The notes under the pieces: model-generated | What the model saw: the letters and a program-made list of their open reading frames with translations, nothing else | What the model was told of the DNA's origin: nothing | Database searches by the model: none | Assembly (NCBI GenBank): GCA_049515895.1 | Contig: JBEKTQ010000006.1 | Location: forward strand, 32,001 to 96,000 | From: Candidatus Bathyarchaeia archaeon | GTDB taxonomy: Archaea > Thermoproteota > Bathyarchaeia > Bathyarchaeales > Bathycorpusculaceae | Direction of reading: 5' to 3' | Length of the DNA: 64,000 bases | In this document: positions 20,709 to 29,728 of the stretch, piece by piece | Numbering within the stretch: position 1 is the stretch's first letter | Layout: each line of letters opens with the position of its first letter | Made by a program: the position numbers and the translations under genes

Positions 20709-21125
20709 GATACTGTTAAGTTACCCAGCATAAAAAAAGGTGGGTTAGAATTTTATTCAAAGTATTTAGTAAGGACTTTTTGCCCTAGTGTCGTAAGCTT
20801 CCAACCCGTTCCAGTGTATTCGATAGCACCTGACCTTTCCAAATATCCTAACATTTCACCTGTCTTAGCATCTTGGTGTCCTATGATTTTAGCAATTTCC
20901 TTAGCTGTTTTTGGGGACGTCTGAATTGCGCGAGCTATGGAAAGATAAGCTGCTGTCTGAAACCAATCAAGTACGTCTTTTTCACTCATTTGTGTTTTCA
21001 CCTTACAACCTATATGGCTAGGTTTCAATTTAATTCTTGTGAAAGAAGTAGGAATAATAAGTTTTAATGTTGGGTAACTTAACTTAACAGTATCAACATT
21101 GGATAAAAATTATACTGTTAAGTTA
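20709..21125. repeat. Three copies of ATACTGTTAAGTTA (20710-20723 +, 21080-21093 -, 21112-21125 +)
   Basis: Exact 14-bp matches seen directly. Confidence 0.8.
20753..20989 (-). CDS. Small winged helix-turn-helix protein
   Basis: SPKTAKEIAKIIG...LGYLERSGAIEY...WKLTTLG; AAGGTGA SD before ATG 20989. Confidence 0.75.
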   Translation of the reverse strand: MSEKDVLDWFQTAAYLSIARAIQTSPKTAKEIAKIIGHQDAKTGEMLGYLERSGAIEYTGTGWKLTTLGQKVLTKYFE

Positions 21126-21177
21126 TTTGACCCAAGGATCCTGGGGATAATTTATCCTTTTTGCGTCTGTATTCGTT

Positions 21178-21417
21178 TTAGGATTTTTCTTCATCTATTT
21201 CGTGGAAAATTATTTCTTTAATAACGCATTCAGGTAGTGTGACTTTAGTTCCTTCAAATACTGTCTGCGTTTTTGTTTTTGTTATTTCTAATTGTGGTTC
21301 AAATGTTATGAATGCCCCCTGAATTTCGTAACTTCGTGCAATGTAGATTTTTTCATCCAGTTTAGAATCTGTAAAAATTGTGTAGCCTAAACTGTACTTT
21401 TTTGGTTTAATTGCCAT
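21178..21417 (-). CDS. Small hypothetical protein
   Basis: 79-aa ORF with an AGG/TATA-like upstream region in an AT-rich island. Confidence 0.55.
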   Translation of the reverse strand: MAIKPKKYSLGYTIFTDSKLDEKIYIARSYEIQGAFITFEPQLEITKTKTQTVFEGTKVTLPECVIKEIIFHEIDEEKS

Positions 21418-21511
21418 AAACCTACTTCCAATATTTTAGATTAACAATGAGCTATATAGCGGTTAAGGTGGCTACGACCATTACCGAGCAAATTTATGGG
21501 CTTACCTTTTT

Positions 21512-21784
21512 TTACATAATATTTACTTTGTTTTGTTTGGCGAACTCTTTCATTATATCATGAATTTTACTTATATCCTCAAGGGAAAGACAGTCACTTA
21601 CTACTTGGCTAGTACAGATTCCCTTACAAGCTATATGCAGTTTTAGTTTAAGTTTTGGTAGTTCGCATTCATCAAATATATGTTCTAAACAATAATCGAT
21701 GCATTCACCTTTAGTTTCTTTTAGTTTTCCTTTTATAATCAACATTATCCTTTGAGAAGTTAGGTTAACAACATCTTCTTTCAT
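21512..21784 (-). CDS. Small Cys-containing hypothetical protein
   Basis: 90-aa ORF co-oriented with its neighbours. Confidence 0.5.
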   Translation of the reverse strand: MKEDVVNLTSQRIMLIIKGKLKETKGECIDYCLEHIFDECELPKLKLKLHIACKGICTSQVVSDCLSLEDISKIHDIMKEFAKQNKVNIM

Positions 21785-21993
21785 AGACAGCTATTGTAGG
21801 ATAATTGTTTTTAAGAGCTTGGTCAATGCTCTCAGTGTATACATAGTGGAACAAGTGAGCAGACGAAAATTTACAGAAAAAACGACCTGACAAAGATTTT
21901 ACAGAACCACAGCTTGCCATTTATAAAGGCTTTATAAATAGATGATGTTATATACTCCCTGTATCATTTAAATACTCAAGCCCGTGAAAAATC

Positions 21994-22557
21994 ATGAGCA
22001 AACGAAAACCAATTATTAACATACAAAACATCGTTGCTTCTGTATCACTTAACCAGAAAATCGACTTACAGAAAATCGTGGAAAAGTTTCCGCAGACAGA
22101 GTATAACCCAAGCGTTTTCCCAGGCTTAGTTTTCAGACTTAAAAAACCGAAAACCGCCACATTAATTTTCGGCACCGGCAAAATGGTTTGCACAGGCGCT
22201 AAATCCGAAAAAGAATCCCGTAGCGCCGTCGAAAAAGTCGTCAAAGAACTTCGCGGCGAAGGCATCCAAATCACTGAGAAACCAATCGTGAACATCCAAA
22301 ACATCGTTGCCTCTGCAGAGCTAGGCGGCGAAATTGACCTTGAAAGTCTCGTCTACAAGCTTAGCAAAGTCATGTACGAGCCCGAGCAGTTCCCAGGTGC
22401 AGTTTACAGAATGGATGAGCCCAAAGTTGTGTTCCTAATATTCTCAGCTGGCAAACTTGTCTGCGTTGGAGCCAAGAAAGAAGAGCAGGTTTACGAGGCA
22501 GTCGACAAAATTCAGGCGTTACTTGAAGAGAAAGAACTCATCTACTACCCCTCTTAA
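21994..22557 (+). CDS. tbp: TATA-box binding protein
   Basis: Two repeats of NIQNIVAS...YxP..FPG..R...LIF..GK.VC.GAK. Confidence 0.97.
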   Translation: MSKRKPIINIQNIVASVSLNQKIDLQKIVEKFPQTEYNPSVFPGLVFRLKKPKTATLIFGTGKMVCTGAKSEKESRSAVEKVVKELRGEGIQITEKPIVNIQNIVASAELGGEIDLESLVYKLSKVMYEPEQFPGAVYRMDEPKVVFLIFSAGKLVCVGAKKEEQVYEAVDKIQALLEEKELIYYPS

Positions 22558-23264
22558 GCCTGTTTTTTCATTCTGCGTCTAACGGCAGGGTTCAAATCTG
22601 CCAATTTCTTGAGCGCCAACTCGAAGGTTTCATCTGGCATAAGCTCTCTTTTAACAAAGACTCCTGTTCTTCCTGATGTGTCTCGTTTTACAAGGGTGTG
22701 AACCCTGTCCAGCACTGTCTCTGCGGAAACGCCTAGAACTTTGGCGGCGGACTGTTCCCTGCCGATGATGCTGTTCTCCATATGGCCCGCCTCTGTAGGT
22801 TCAATAAGCATCAGCCGTTTATCTACCCCTGGAACACGAGCATCCGCGTTAAGCTGCTTGAGGCTCACCTCGCCGCCAAAACGGTAAAATTCCCTCTCAA
22901 CCGTGCGCATCTCCATCAGCGGGAATGAAACGGTGATTCGCTCACCAACTTCAATATGAGCCTTCATAGCATATCTAGGGGTTGCTTGAACAATTAATCT
23001 GGCGTTAATGGGCACGCCTGCTTTTTCCAGCGCGGTTTCAACAAGGAAACTGTTCTGCACTTCGCCGATGAAGATGTCAACATCGCTTCCCTTCTTGACG
23101 TCGCCCCGGGCTATGCTTCCATGGGTAATCGACTGTAAATGAAATGTTTCCAAGGCTACCATGATCTTAACTGCTTCGCCTCTGAGTTCGTGCAGCAGCG
23201 CCCAACGTGTCGTCGTGTACATTACTTCTTTGTAGTCTGCGGGTTTGGTCGGCTTTACAGCCAT
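22554..23264 (-). CDS. Archaeal nucleotidyltransferase-domain protein (COG2413-like)
   Basis: HGSIARGDVKKGSDVD motif; EREFYRFGG and RVPGVDKRL. Confidence 0.85.
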   Translation of the reverse strand: MAVKPTKPADYKEVMYTTTRWALLHELRGEAVKIMVALETFHLQSITHGSIARGDVKKGSDVDIFIGEVQNSFLVETALEKAGVPINARLIVQATPRYAMKAHIEVGERITVSFPLMEMRTVEREFYRFGGEVSLKQLNADARVPGVDKRLMLIEPTEAGHMENSIIGREQSAAKVLGVSAETVLDRVHTLVKRDTSGRTGVFVKRELMPDETFELALKKLADLNPAVRRRMKKQA

Positions 23265-23355
23265 GTTTCTCCTGCCTTTCATAGGTTTAAGACTGCATTG
23301 TTTATTTACCTTAACGGTTAATCAACAGTGATTAGCGATAAGCTGAGGAAAATCA

Positions 23356-24294
23356 TTGACTTCCCCGCTCTGTAGTGCCTGCAAAACCCGTGCAGCCTTC
23401 TTTCACAGGCAGTACTCAGGGGAAACACTGTGCAAAAAATGCTTCACCCAATCCATCGAAAACAAAGTACGTGCAACCATCACACACTACCACATGCTCA
23501 ATTTCAACGACCACCTGGCAGTCGCTGTTTCAGGCGGCAAAGACAGCCTAAGTCTACTGCACATTTTGGCTAAGATGAAGCAGTACCGCTCCAAAACCAC
23601 GCTCACCGCCGTAACTGTTGACGAGGGCATCGCTGGTTACAGAAACGAAGCTTTAGAGATCGCAGCAGAAAACTGTCTGAAACTAGAAATTCCGCATCAC
23701 ATCGTCTCTTTCAAGGATCTTTTCGGGTATACGCTCGACGAAATAGTACAGAAAACCCGCGTCAAAGGGCACATGGAGCTGACGGCATGCGCGTACTGTG
23801 GGGTCCTTCGGCGGAAAGCCATCAATATCGGCGCAAGACAGGTCCACGCGAACAAAGTTGCAACAGCCCACACTCTTGACGACGAAGCCCAAACCGTGCT
23901 CATGAACATTTTCCGCGGCGACATCACACGGCTTGCGAAGGAGAAACCCGTCACAAGCGAAGTGCATCCGCTGTTAGTGCAGAAGATCAAACCTTTCTGC
24001 CAGATTCCAGAGAACGAAAGCGCCCTATACGCTTATGTGAAAAAAATCAGTTTCCAAGATACGCCTTGCCCGTACGCTTCTGAAGCGTTGCGCAACGACA
24101 TGCGTTGGATGCTTAACCGGCTCGAAGCGAAGCATGCTGGAACCAAATTCACAGTGCTCCGAGCTATGGAACGGCTGAGACCGGCGTTGGAAGAAACCGC
24201 ATCCAAGGAAGGATTCATGACTTGTGTTGAGTGTGGTGAGCCGTCAGCAGCGGATTTGTGCAAGACCTGTGAGATGCTGCGGCAGATACGTTGA
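23356..24294 (+). CDS. tRNA 2-thiolation protein (TtuA/NcsA/Ctu1 family)
   Basis: N- and C-terminal Zn fingers, SGGKDS PP-loop, CxxCGVLRR, H-x-LDD and CPY. Confidence 0.9.
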   Translation: MTSPLCSACKTRAAFFHRQYSGETLCKKCFTQSIENKVRATITHYHMLNFNDHLAVAVSGGKDSLSLLHILAKMKQYRSKTTLTAVTVDEGIAGYRNEALEIAAENCLKLEIPHHIVSFKDLFGYTLDEIVQKTRVKGHMELTACAYCGVLRRKAINIGARQVHANKVATAHTLDDEAQTVLMNIFRGDITRLAKEKPVTSEVHPLLVQKIKPFCQIPENESALYAYVKKISFQDTPCPYASEALRNDMRWMLNRLEAKHAGTKFTVLRAMERLRPALEETASKEGFMTCVECGEPSAADLCKTCEMLRQIR

Positions 24295-24302
24295 CCCGTT
24301 TT

Positions 24303-24500
24303 CTATTTGAGTCCTTTTTCACTTTTCAGTTTTCGAAGTAAGGTCGAAGCTTCGAAGGGGTTCTTTGCCGAAGCGACTTTCTGTGCCCTTAAAAGTTCTA
24401 CTCGTGTGCCGCAGTACGGGCAGATTTTGGTTTTCTGTGCTTTTGTGGTCAACATTAAACCTTGGCATTGTGGGCATTTCACGATTTGAGTTGGCTTCAT
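24303..24500 (-). CDS. Small zinc-ribbon protein (DUF1922-like)
   Basis: CPQC...CPYCG; ATG at 24500. Confidence 0.75.
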   Translation of the reverse strand: MKPTQIVKCPQCQGLMLTTKAQKTKICPYCGTRVELLRAQKVASAKNPFEASTLLRKLKSEKGLK

Positions 24501-24570
24501 TTGCGTGTCGCTTCCGAAAGCCTTTTCCACGTACGGGTTGATAAGGGTATGCAGGGAAAAGGCGCGAGCT

Positions 24571-24933
24571 ATGAGCAAGGATAAAGAACCGCTGAAATCT
24601 AGAGTACATATGATAGAGTTGGCGGTCAAGTACTTCAAGAAGGAAGGTTACAAAGTTAACAAGGAAAATGCTTGGCTGGACGGATACAGCGGTGCAACCC
24701 GTCATTTCGACCTTATCGTGCAAAAAGGGCGCATTGAGCAGGGTGTCTGGGTCAGGGATTGGAACCGAACCGTGGGCGTAAACTTGATTATTGGGTTGGA
24801 CACTGCTTCAGAAGATGTTGGCTTAGGCAGCCCAATTATGATAGCCGACAAATTCAGCGATCATGCAAAATCCTACAGCAACCGCCGAAAAATCACTTTG
24901 CTCACCAAACAGAAAATGGGCCACTTCATGTAG
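24571..24933 (+). CDS. Restriction endonuclease-like (Mrr-cat, PD-(D/E)xK fold) protein
   Basis: YFKKEGYKV...GYSGATRHFDLIV...FSDHAKSY pattern. Confidence 0.65.
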   Translation: MSKDKEPLKSRVHMIELAVKYFKKEGYKVNKENAWLDGYSGATRHFDLIVQKGRIEQGVWVRDWNRTVGVNLIIGLDTASEDVGLGSPIMIADKFSDHAKSYSNRRKITLLTKQKMGHFM

Positions 24934-24996
24934 ACGGCTACATTGACTATGCAACGCTCTAGAGTTGGGGTTTAACACAAAAGCGTGGGCTATGAC

Positions 24997-25581
24997 CTAA
25001 AGTTTGAGGTACTGGTCTGTTAAGCCTTCCCGTTCAAGCATGCCAAGCCAATCCACTACGCCAACAAAGCAGCTCTTTCGTTTCTCCAAAACATCCAAAA
25101 TATCGTTGACTACTTCTCCAACCGGTTTGCCCGTAATATCTAATTCGCATACCCTTCCCGCATGTGCCACGATAGCCTCGCCTAGACAAACATCGATAAT
25201 TTCGGCTTGAAGGTTCTCCCAAAGTTTGCTTCCCGTGTAACCGCATTTCTCCATGAAAAGCTTAAGTTCCTTCGGGTTTCGTCGCAAAACGAAAACCAGA
25301 GCCACATGCTTGGTTGGGGTCACTGCGCTGGCGTAATGTCCGTCGATGATTATGTTGGCGTTGTCAGTTGCATCTATTGTTTTTGCGAGTTTCTCTTGCA
25401 TTTTCTCTTCATCGATTATGAAGGTATTTCTCTCTTTGTCTTCGCCCAGTGTGAGGTTGTTGGCTTTGGCGTAGTCGGTGAGGTTAATGTAAGCGGCGTT
25501 GAGTTTGGCGGCTAGGGCTTTGGCGGTTGTTGTTTTACCTGTGCATGGTGTTCCCGTTATGAGGATGACTCGTTTGTCCAT
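24997..25581 (-). CDS. Atypical adenylate kinase (AK6/Fap7 family)
   Basis: GTPCTGKTT P-loop, IDGH and KLWENLQAE. Confidence 0.88.
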   Translation of the reverse strand: MDKRVILITGTPCTGKTTTAKALAAKLNAAYINLTDYAKANNLTLGEDKERNTFIIDEEKMQEKLAKTIDATDNANIIIDGHYASAVTPTKHVALVFVLRRNPKELKLFMEKCGYTGSKLWENLQAEIIDVCLGEAIVAHAGRVCELDITGKPVGEVVNDILDVLEKRKSCFVGVVDWLGMLEREGLTDQYLKL

Positions 25582-25661
25582 GTTTAGAGTTGTGTCTGAG
25601 GAAAGTTTTATCCGTTCCTCTTACAAACGCTTCCTTGTATGCCACAGGGCGGGCGGTTTAG

Positions 25662-26543
25662 ATAAGCGGGTTAACGTTTTATTTAGTTGACGTGTTCACA
25701 CAGGAAAAGTACGCAGGCAACCAGCTTGCAGTCTTCACTGACACAGGCGATTTGCCGGCTGAGGATATGCAGAAGATCGCGAATGAAATGCATTTTTCCG
25801 AAACAACCTTCATACGCTCAAACGAAAAGAGGGACGGTGGATATGACGTGCGCATCTTTACACCTAACTCGGAGGTGCCTTTCGCTGGACATCCAACTCT
25901 GGGAACGGCATGGGTGATCAATCATTTCATAGCTGGTGGCAAAGATGGCAAGGTTGTGCTTAACTTGAAAGTTGGGCAGATCATCGTCATCTTCAAAAAA
26001 GAGGATGATCAAGAGACGTTGTGGATGAAGCAGGCTTCACCTGTTTTCGGCGAATCTTTCACGGCGGGTCGTCTAGCTAAAGTCCTGCAGCTTAATGAAT
26101 CGGATTTTGACGAACGGATTCCGGTTCAGGAAGTTTCTACGGGTTTGCCATTCATCATTGTCGCCCTCAAAACTTTGGACGCTGCTAAAAGGGCAGCCAT
26201 AAGCATCGGTTCTCTCCGTGAAATGGCGAGTGAAGTTCGCGGCGGAATCTTGATTTTCTCCCCTCAAACCGTTGATAAACGCAATGATTTGCATGTCCGT
26301 GTTTTCGTAGATTTGTTAGGCATCCCGGAGGATCCAGCGACGGGCTCAGGGAACGGCTGCCTTGCAGGTTACTTGTCCCGCTACCACTACTTCGGCACTG
26401 AGGTGGTTAACGTCAGGGTTGAGCAGGGCATTGAGTTGGGGCGTCCCTCGCTGCTTCTGCTTAAAGCCCGCAAAGTAGGCGATGATTTGCAAGTGGAGGT
26501 TGGCGGCCAAGTCTTCCTGGTCGCGAAGGGCCAGCTTGCTTGA
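25662..26543 (+). CDS. PhzF family isomerase
   Basis: FYLVDVFT...GNQLAV, SETTF, EVPFAGHPTLG and EDPATGSG. The conserved N-terminus requires a start upstream of GTG 25692 (ATA at 25662). Confidence 0.9.
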   Translation: MSGLTFYLVDVFTQEKYAGNQLAVFTDTGDLPAEDMQKIANEMHFSETTFIRSNEKRDGGYDVRIFTPNSEVPFAGHPTLGTAWVINHFIAGGKDGKVVLNLKVGQIIVIFKKEDDQETLWMKQASPVFGESFTAGRLAKVLQLNESDFDERIPVQEVSTGLPFIIVALKTLDAAKRAAISIGSLREMASEVRGGILIFSPQTVDKRNDLHVRVFVDLLGIPEDPATGSGNGCLAGYLSRYHYFGTEVVNVRVEQGIELGRPSLLLLKARKVGDDLQVEVGGQVFLVAKGQLA

Positions 26544-26586
26544 ATTTGACTCGAAATTCTTATTGCTTGCCAACGCGCATTGTTGA

Positions 26587-26905
26587 GTGGGCTGGCGAGT
26601 TGGTGTGTGGCTTTCGGACCCAAAAATGCTGGGTCTGAGGAAACTCCGCCCACGTGTAGAATTGCAGCTCCATGATGGGGCAACGCGAGAGCGTTGGCAA
26701 CGGAGCAGAAACGAAACGTCCAATTGGACTTGTCGATGACGCCTTTGTGAGGTCGAGTGCGCCAACTTGGAAGCGGTGAAACGGCCGTCCTGCAAGTGGA
26801 AAGGGCAAACAGTCGCCGATGCGGAATCTACCCAAGGCGCGGGTAGCCCGATTAGCCGAATGCCACAATAACAGAAGGCGGGTTACAACCAGCACACCAG
26901 CCCAC
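26587..26905 (+). ncRNA. rnpB: RNase P RNA
   Basis: CR-I GAGGAAACTCCGCCC and CR-V AACAGAAGGCGGGTTA pair to form P4; P1 GTGGGCTGG/CCAGCCCAC; P3 GGACCCA/TGGGTCT; GCAGAAACG CR-II-like element. Confidence 0.92.
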
Positions 26906-26924
26906 ACAATAACAGAAGGTAATC

Positions 26925-27327
26925 TACAACAACAAATAGAATCTCCAGCGTTAAGGTATCGGCACGATGAATTAAAGACAAAAGGGGAAGCAACAAAAGA
27001 TAGGTATGAGAAATATTTTCAAGAGTTTTTGCAATTCATAAACAAAAATCCTGATGAACTAATCGTTCAAAGACAATAAGACCTACTAAACAAAGACCTT
27101 AAAATACAGAGAAAACAGAAAGCCAATTTTTAGCGTTCATGGCTAAGAAAAAACAAGAAGGCTATGCAATAGCAACCCTTCAAATAATATTTGCTTCTAT
27201 TCGCTCATTTTTTGAAATACACTATTTCCCTCTAAGAATGCGAATAGGAGATTACCCGAAAGGAGACGGCAATGGCGTAAAACGGGCATCCAAAAGAAGC
27301 CATACAAGCAGGAAGAATTACAGTTAA
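26925..27327 (+). pseudogene. Tyrosine integrase N-terminal fragment (stop codon, frameshift, truncated)
   Basis: ATKDRYEKYFQEFLQFINKNPDELI.QRQ*DL...ESQFLAFMAKKKQEGYAIATLQIIFASIRSFF resembles the core-binding domain of archaeal integrases; no catalytic domain is visible. Confidence 0.7.
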
Positions 27328-27420
27328 GATTGTTACGTTACTTTTTCCAACTCTGAACCAAAAGAAGCCGCTAATAACATTTTGTTGAATTCTCTTTAGA
27401 CTAAGATTAATCTATATAGC

Positions 27421-27546
27421 CTATCTTGACTTTTGTCTTTCCACTCTGTCAAGTTTCTTCTTCTTGCGGGCATCTTCTCGCTCTTTCTTTTTCCGAGGCT
27501 GAGGTTTTCCCCGATCTCGTTCTCCTGTGTCTCCCTTCTTACTCAT
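27421..27546 (-). CDS. Small Lys/Arg-rich protein (41 aa), not in ORF track
   Basis: MSKKGDTGERDRGKPQPRKKKEREDARKKKKLDRVERQKSR with AAGGAG SD. Confidence 0.6.
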   Translation of the reverse strand: MSKKGDTGERDRGKPQPRKKKEREDARKKKKLDRVERQKSR

Positions 27547-27704
27547 CTGATAATCTCCTTATGATGAAAAAACGGCTGTAAGCTTCGCAAAGCCGTTCCT
27601 TGCCTTAATAATTAAGTAAATACAGTTTTTTATGAGTTGTGGGGCCAAAAGAATCCACAAAGAGCTCTGAAAAACCAAAAAAGAACGTGCAAAACAAAAG
27701 AAAG

Positions 27705-28664
27705 CTAAAAATAAGTTCTTTGATCTGGCAATTCGAGATTTAGTTGCATTTTCAGCAGCTTGTATCTATTTCTAACAGTAACTTCGGTGACTCCAGCAGC
27801 GTCCGCCATCTCTTTTTGTGTTATCTTTTCATTATTCTGAAGACAAGCTATGTAGAGTGCCGCTGCAGCCAGGCCCGTGGGATCTTTTCCTGCCGAAAAT
27901 CGTTTTCGTCTAGCCTCGGCAAGTATTGTTATCGCTGCGCCCTGTGTTTTGCCTGAAATCCCGTTTTTCTCGGCAATTTTTGAGACGTATGTCAGCGGAT
28001 CAGCAATTGGCATGTGAAAATCGAGCACTTGCAGTAGCAGTCTATAGCAGCGTGCGACATCTTTCTCGTCAACAAGGCTTGCTTCAGCGATTTCGTGAAG
28101 GCTTCTGGATGCTCCGCTCTTGCGACAAGCTGCATAAATTGAAGCCGCGATGATAGAGTTAATTGATCTTCCTCTGATTAGGCCTTTTTCTAACGCTTTG
28201 CGGTAAATAATAGCCGATTTTTCTTTGGTCGATCGTGAGATGGAAACTTTGCTTGATAAACGTTCAAGTTCAGACATGGCTTGTGCAAGGTTTCGGTCGC
28301 TGGATGAGTGTACTCGGCTGCGTATTTGCCATTTCCTGAGACGCCACATCTGCAATCTAGTGGAAAGGGGCAATTTCCTTCCGAATGCATCTCTGTCAAT
28401 TTGGCTGATTGAGGTGGATAATCCTTTATCATGGACATAATAGGAGGTTGGCATACCGACGCGGCTTCTTGATGTTTTTTCTTCTTGTGTAAAAGCGCGC
28501 CATTCGGGGCCTTTATCTAACATCTGCTCGTACAAAACAAGACCGCAGTCACCGCAGATGGTTTCGCCTGTGCCGCAGTCGTGGACAAGTTTTTTGCTTG
28601 TGCATTCAGGGCACTTTTCAGCTAAGTGAATATGCACTTTGGGGACTTCTAGGGTTAGACTCAT
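27705..28664 (-). CDS. tfb: Transcription initiation factor IIB
   Basis: Zn ribbon CPEC...CGDCG, GPEWRAF, two cyclin repeats and GVTEVTVRNRY. Confidence 0.95.
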   Translation of the reverse strand: MSLTLEVPKVHIHLAEKCPECTSKKLVHDCGTGETICGDCGLVLYEQMLDKGPEWRAFTQEEKTSRSRVGMPTSYYVHDKGLSTSISQIDRDAFGRKLPLSTRLQMWRLRKWQIRSRVHSSSDRNLAQAMSELERLSSKVSISRSTKEKSAIIYRKALEKGLIRGRSINSIIAASIYAACRKSGASRSLHEIAEASLVDEKDVARCYRLLLQVLDFHMPIADPLTYVSKIAEKNGISGKTQGAAITILAEARRKRFSAGKDPTGLAAAALYIACLQNNEKITQKEMADAAGVTEVTVRNRYKLLKMQLNLELPDQRTYF

Positions 28665-29184
28665 GTTTTAATCTCTGTTTATTTGCCCAGAATCGTCACT
28701 AAATCACTTAATGCTATTAAAGGTTAGAAAAGTGATAATGCGATCCTCGCATTCTAACTACGTGTACGTGCATCTATTATAAAGGACTTTGCTATCAAAT
28801 AACTAGATTTGGCATCCCACTACTAGCATTCCCGCTTATAGTGCGCGCGTTTAATAAATTGGCAATCAATTTTGGTAAGGTTGTTTTCCTTTCTTCACCT
28901 TAACACAATGTGTTATCATATTCAGGGGCTACTGGATTGGCAATGATAGTTACTCCTAATGACACTTCCTGAGCAGAAAAAACTTTGAGAACATCCAATT
29001 CTTCATAAAGATAAGACTCAAATCTGCATACCGTAGAATAGAATCTAGCGCGAGCTCCGCTTTGTGCCCAACAGCAACACGCAAAAGCCAAAGGAACCGC
29101 AAAAACCAAACAAAAAAGAAACTGAGACTATATAACGAAGTGTTATTAGTCTTGTACGCACACCTGTAGCTTGAGTGGAGACGT

Positions 29185-29415
29185 ATTAAAAGAGTAGAGG
29201 CAGTTGCTCTTCTAAAAGAGCTAAGCTCGGGGATGTTAATTCAACCCGCTTTTGTGCTTCTTGAACGAAGATTCCCAGATATTTCTCAGTTATACCCAGA
29301 TAATTACCAGTTGAAAATTAAAGGCATTTACGACCTTCAAGAAATTGTGGTATTTCTTAATAACAGGTTCTTAATAGAAGAGAACGAAAACTTCCTAACT
29401 ATTTCAACACTTTAA
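29185..29415 (+). CDS. Small hypothetical protein, possible paralogue of 42164..42409
   Basis: In-frame extension IKRVEAVALLKEL upstream of ATG 29233, following a GGAG. Confidence 0.5.
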   Translation: MKRVEAVALLKELSSGMLIQPAFVLLERRFPDISQLYPDNYQLKIKGIYDLQEIVVFLNNRFLIEENENFLTISTL

Positions 29416-29728
29416 AACAGCTATTACAATTTTTGCAAGTGTAAACTTCGATGCGAAAGACACAGGTCGCTAATGATTTATCAGGTTTTGCAACATCTTG
29501 GTTGCAGTGTGGACATTTTGCCATACAAAGCCATTTCTTTTGGTTTACAAACACCATTCATCAAGTTTTAAATTTATGTGGTTACGTGAAGATACAACAA
29601 ACTATCAGCACCAGAAAAAACTAGTGTTGTATAGGCACAAAAGAAAGATAGAAGCAAGCGCAATAACAATTGAGGGTCAGAATAAATGGAAAACTCTACA
29701 AAACGCTTGCCTGCCTGTTAAATCCGTC

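Noticed and set aside
26346-26907. ORF-track minus-strand ORFs over 26346-26907
   Set aside because: Shadow ORFs of the PhzF gene and the GC-rich RNase P RNA.
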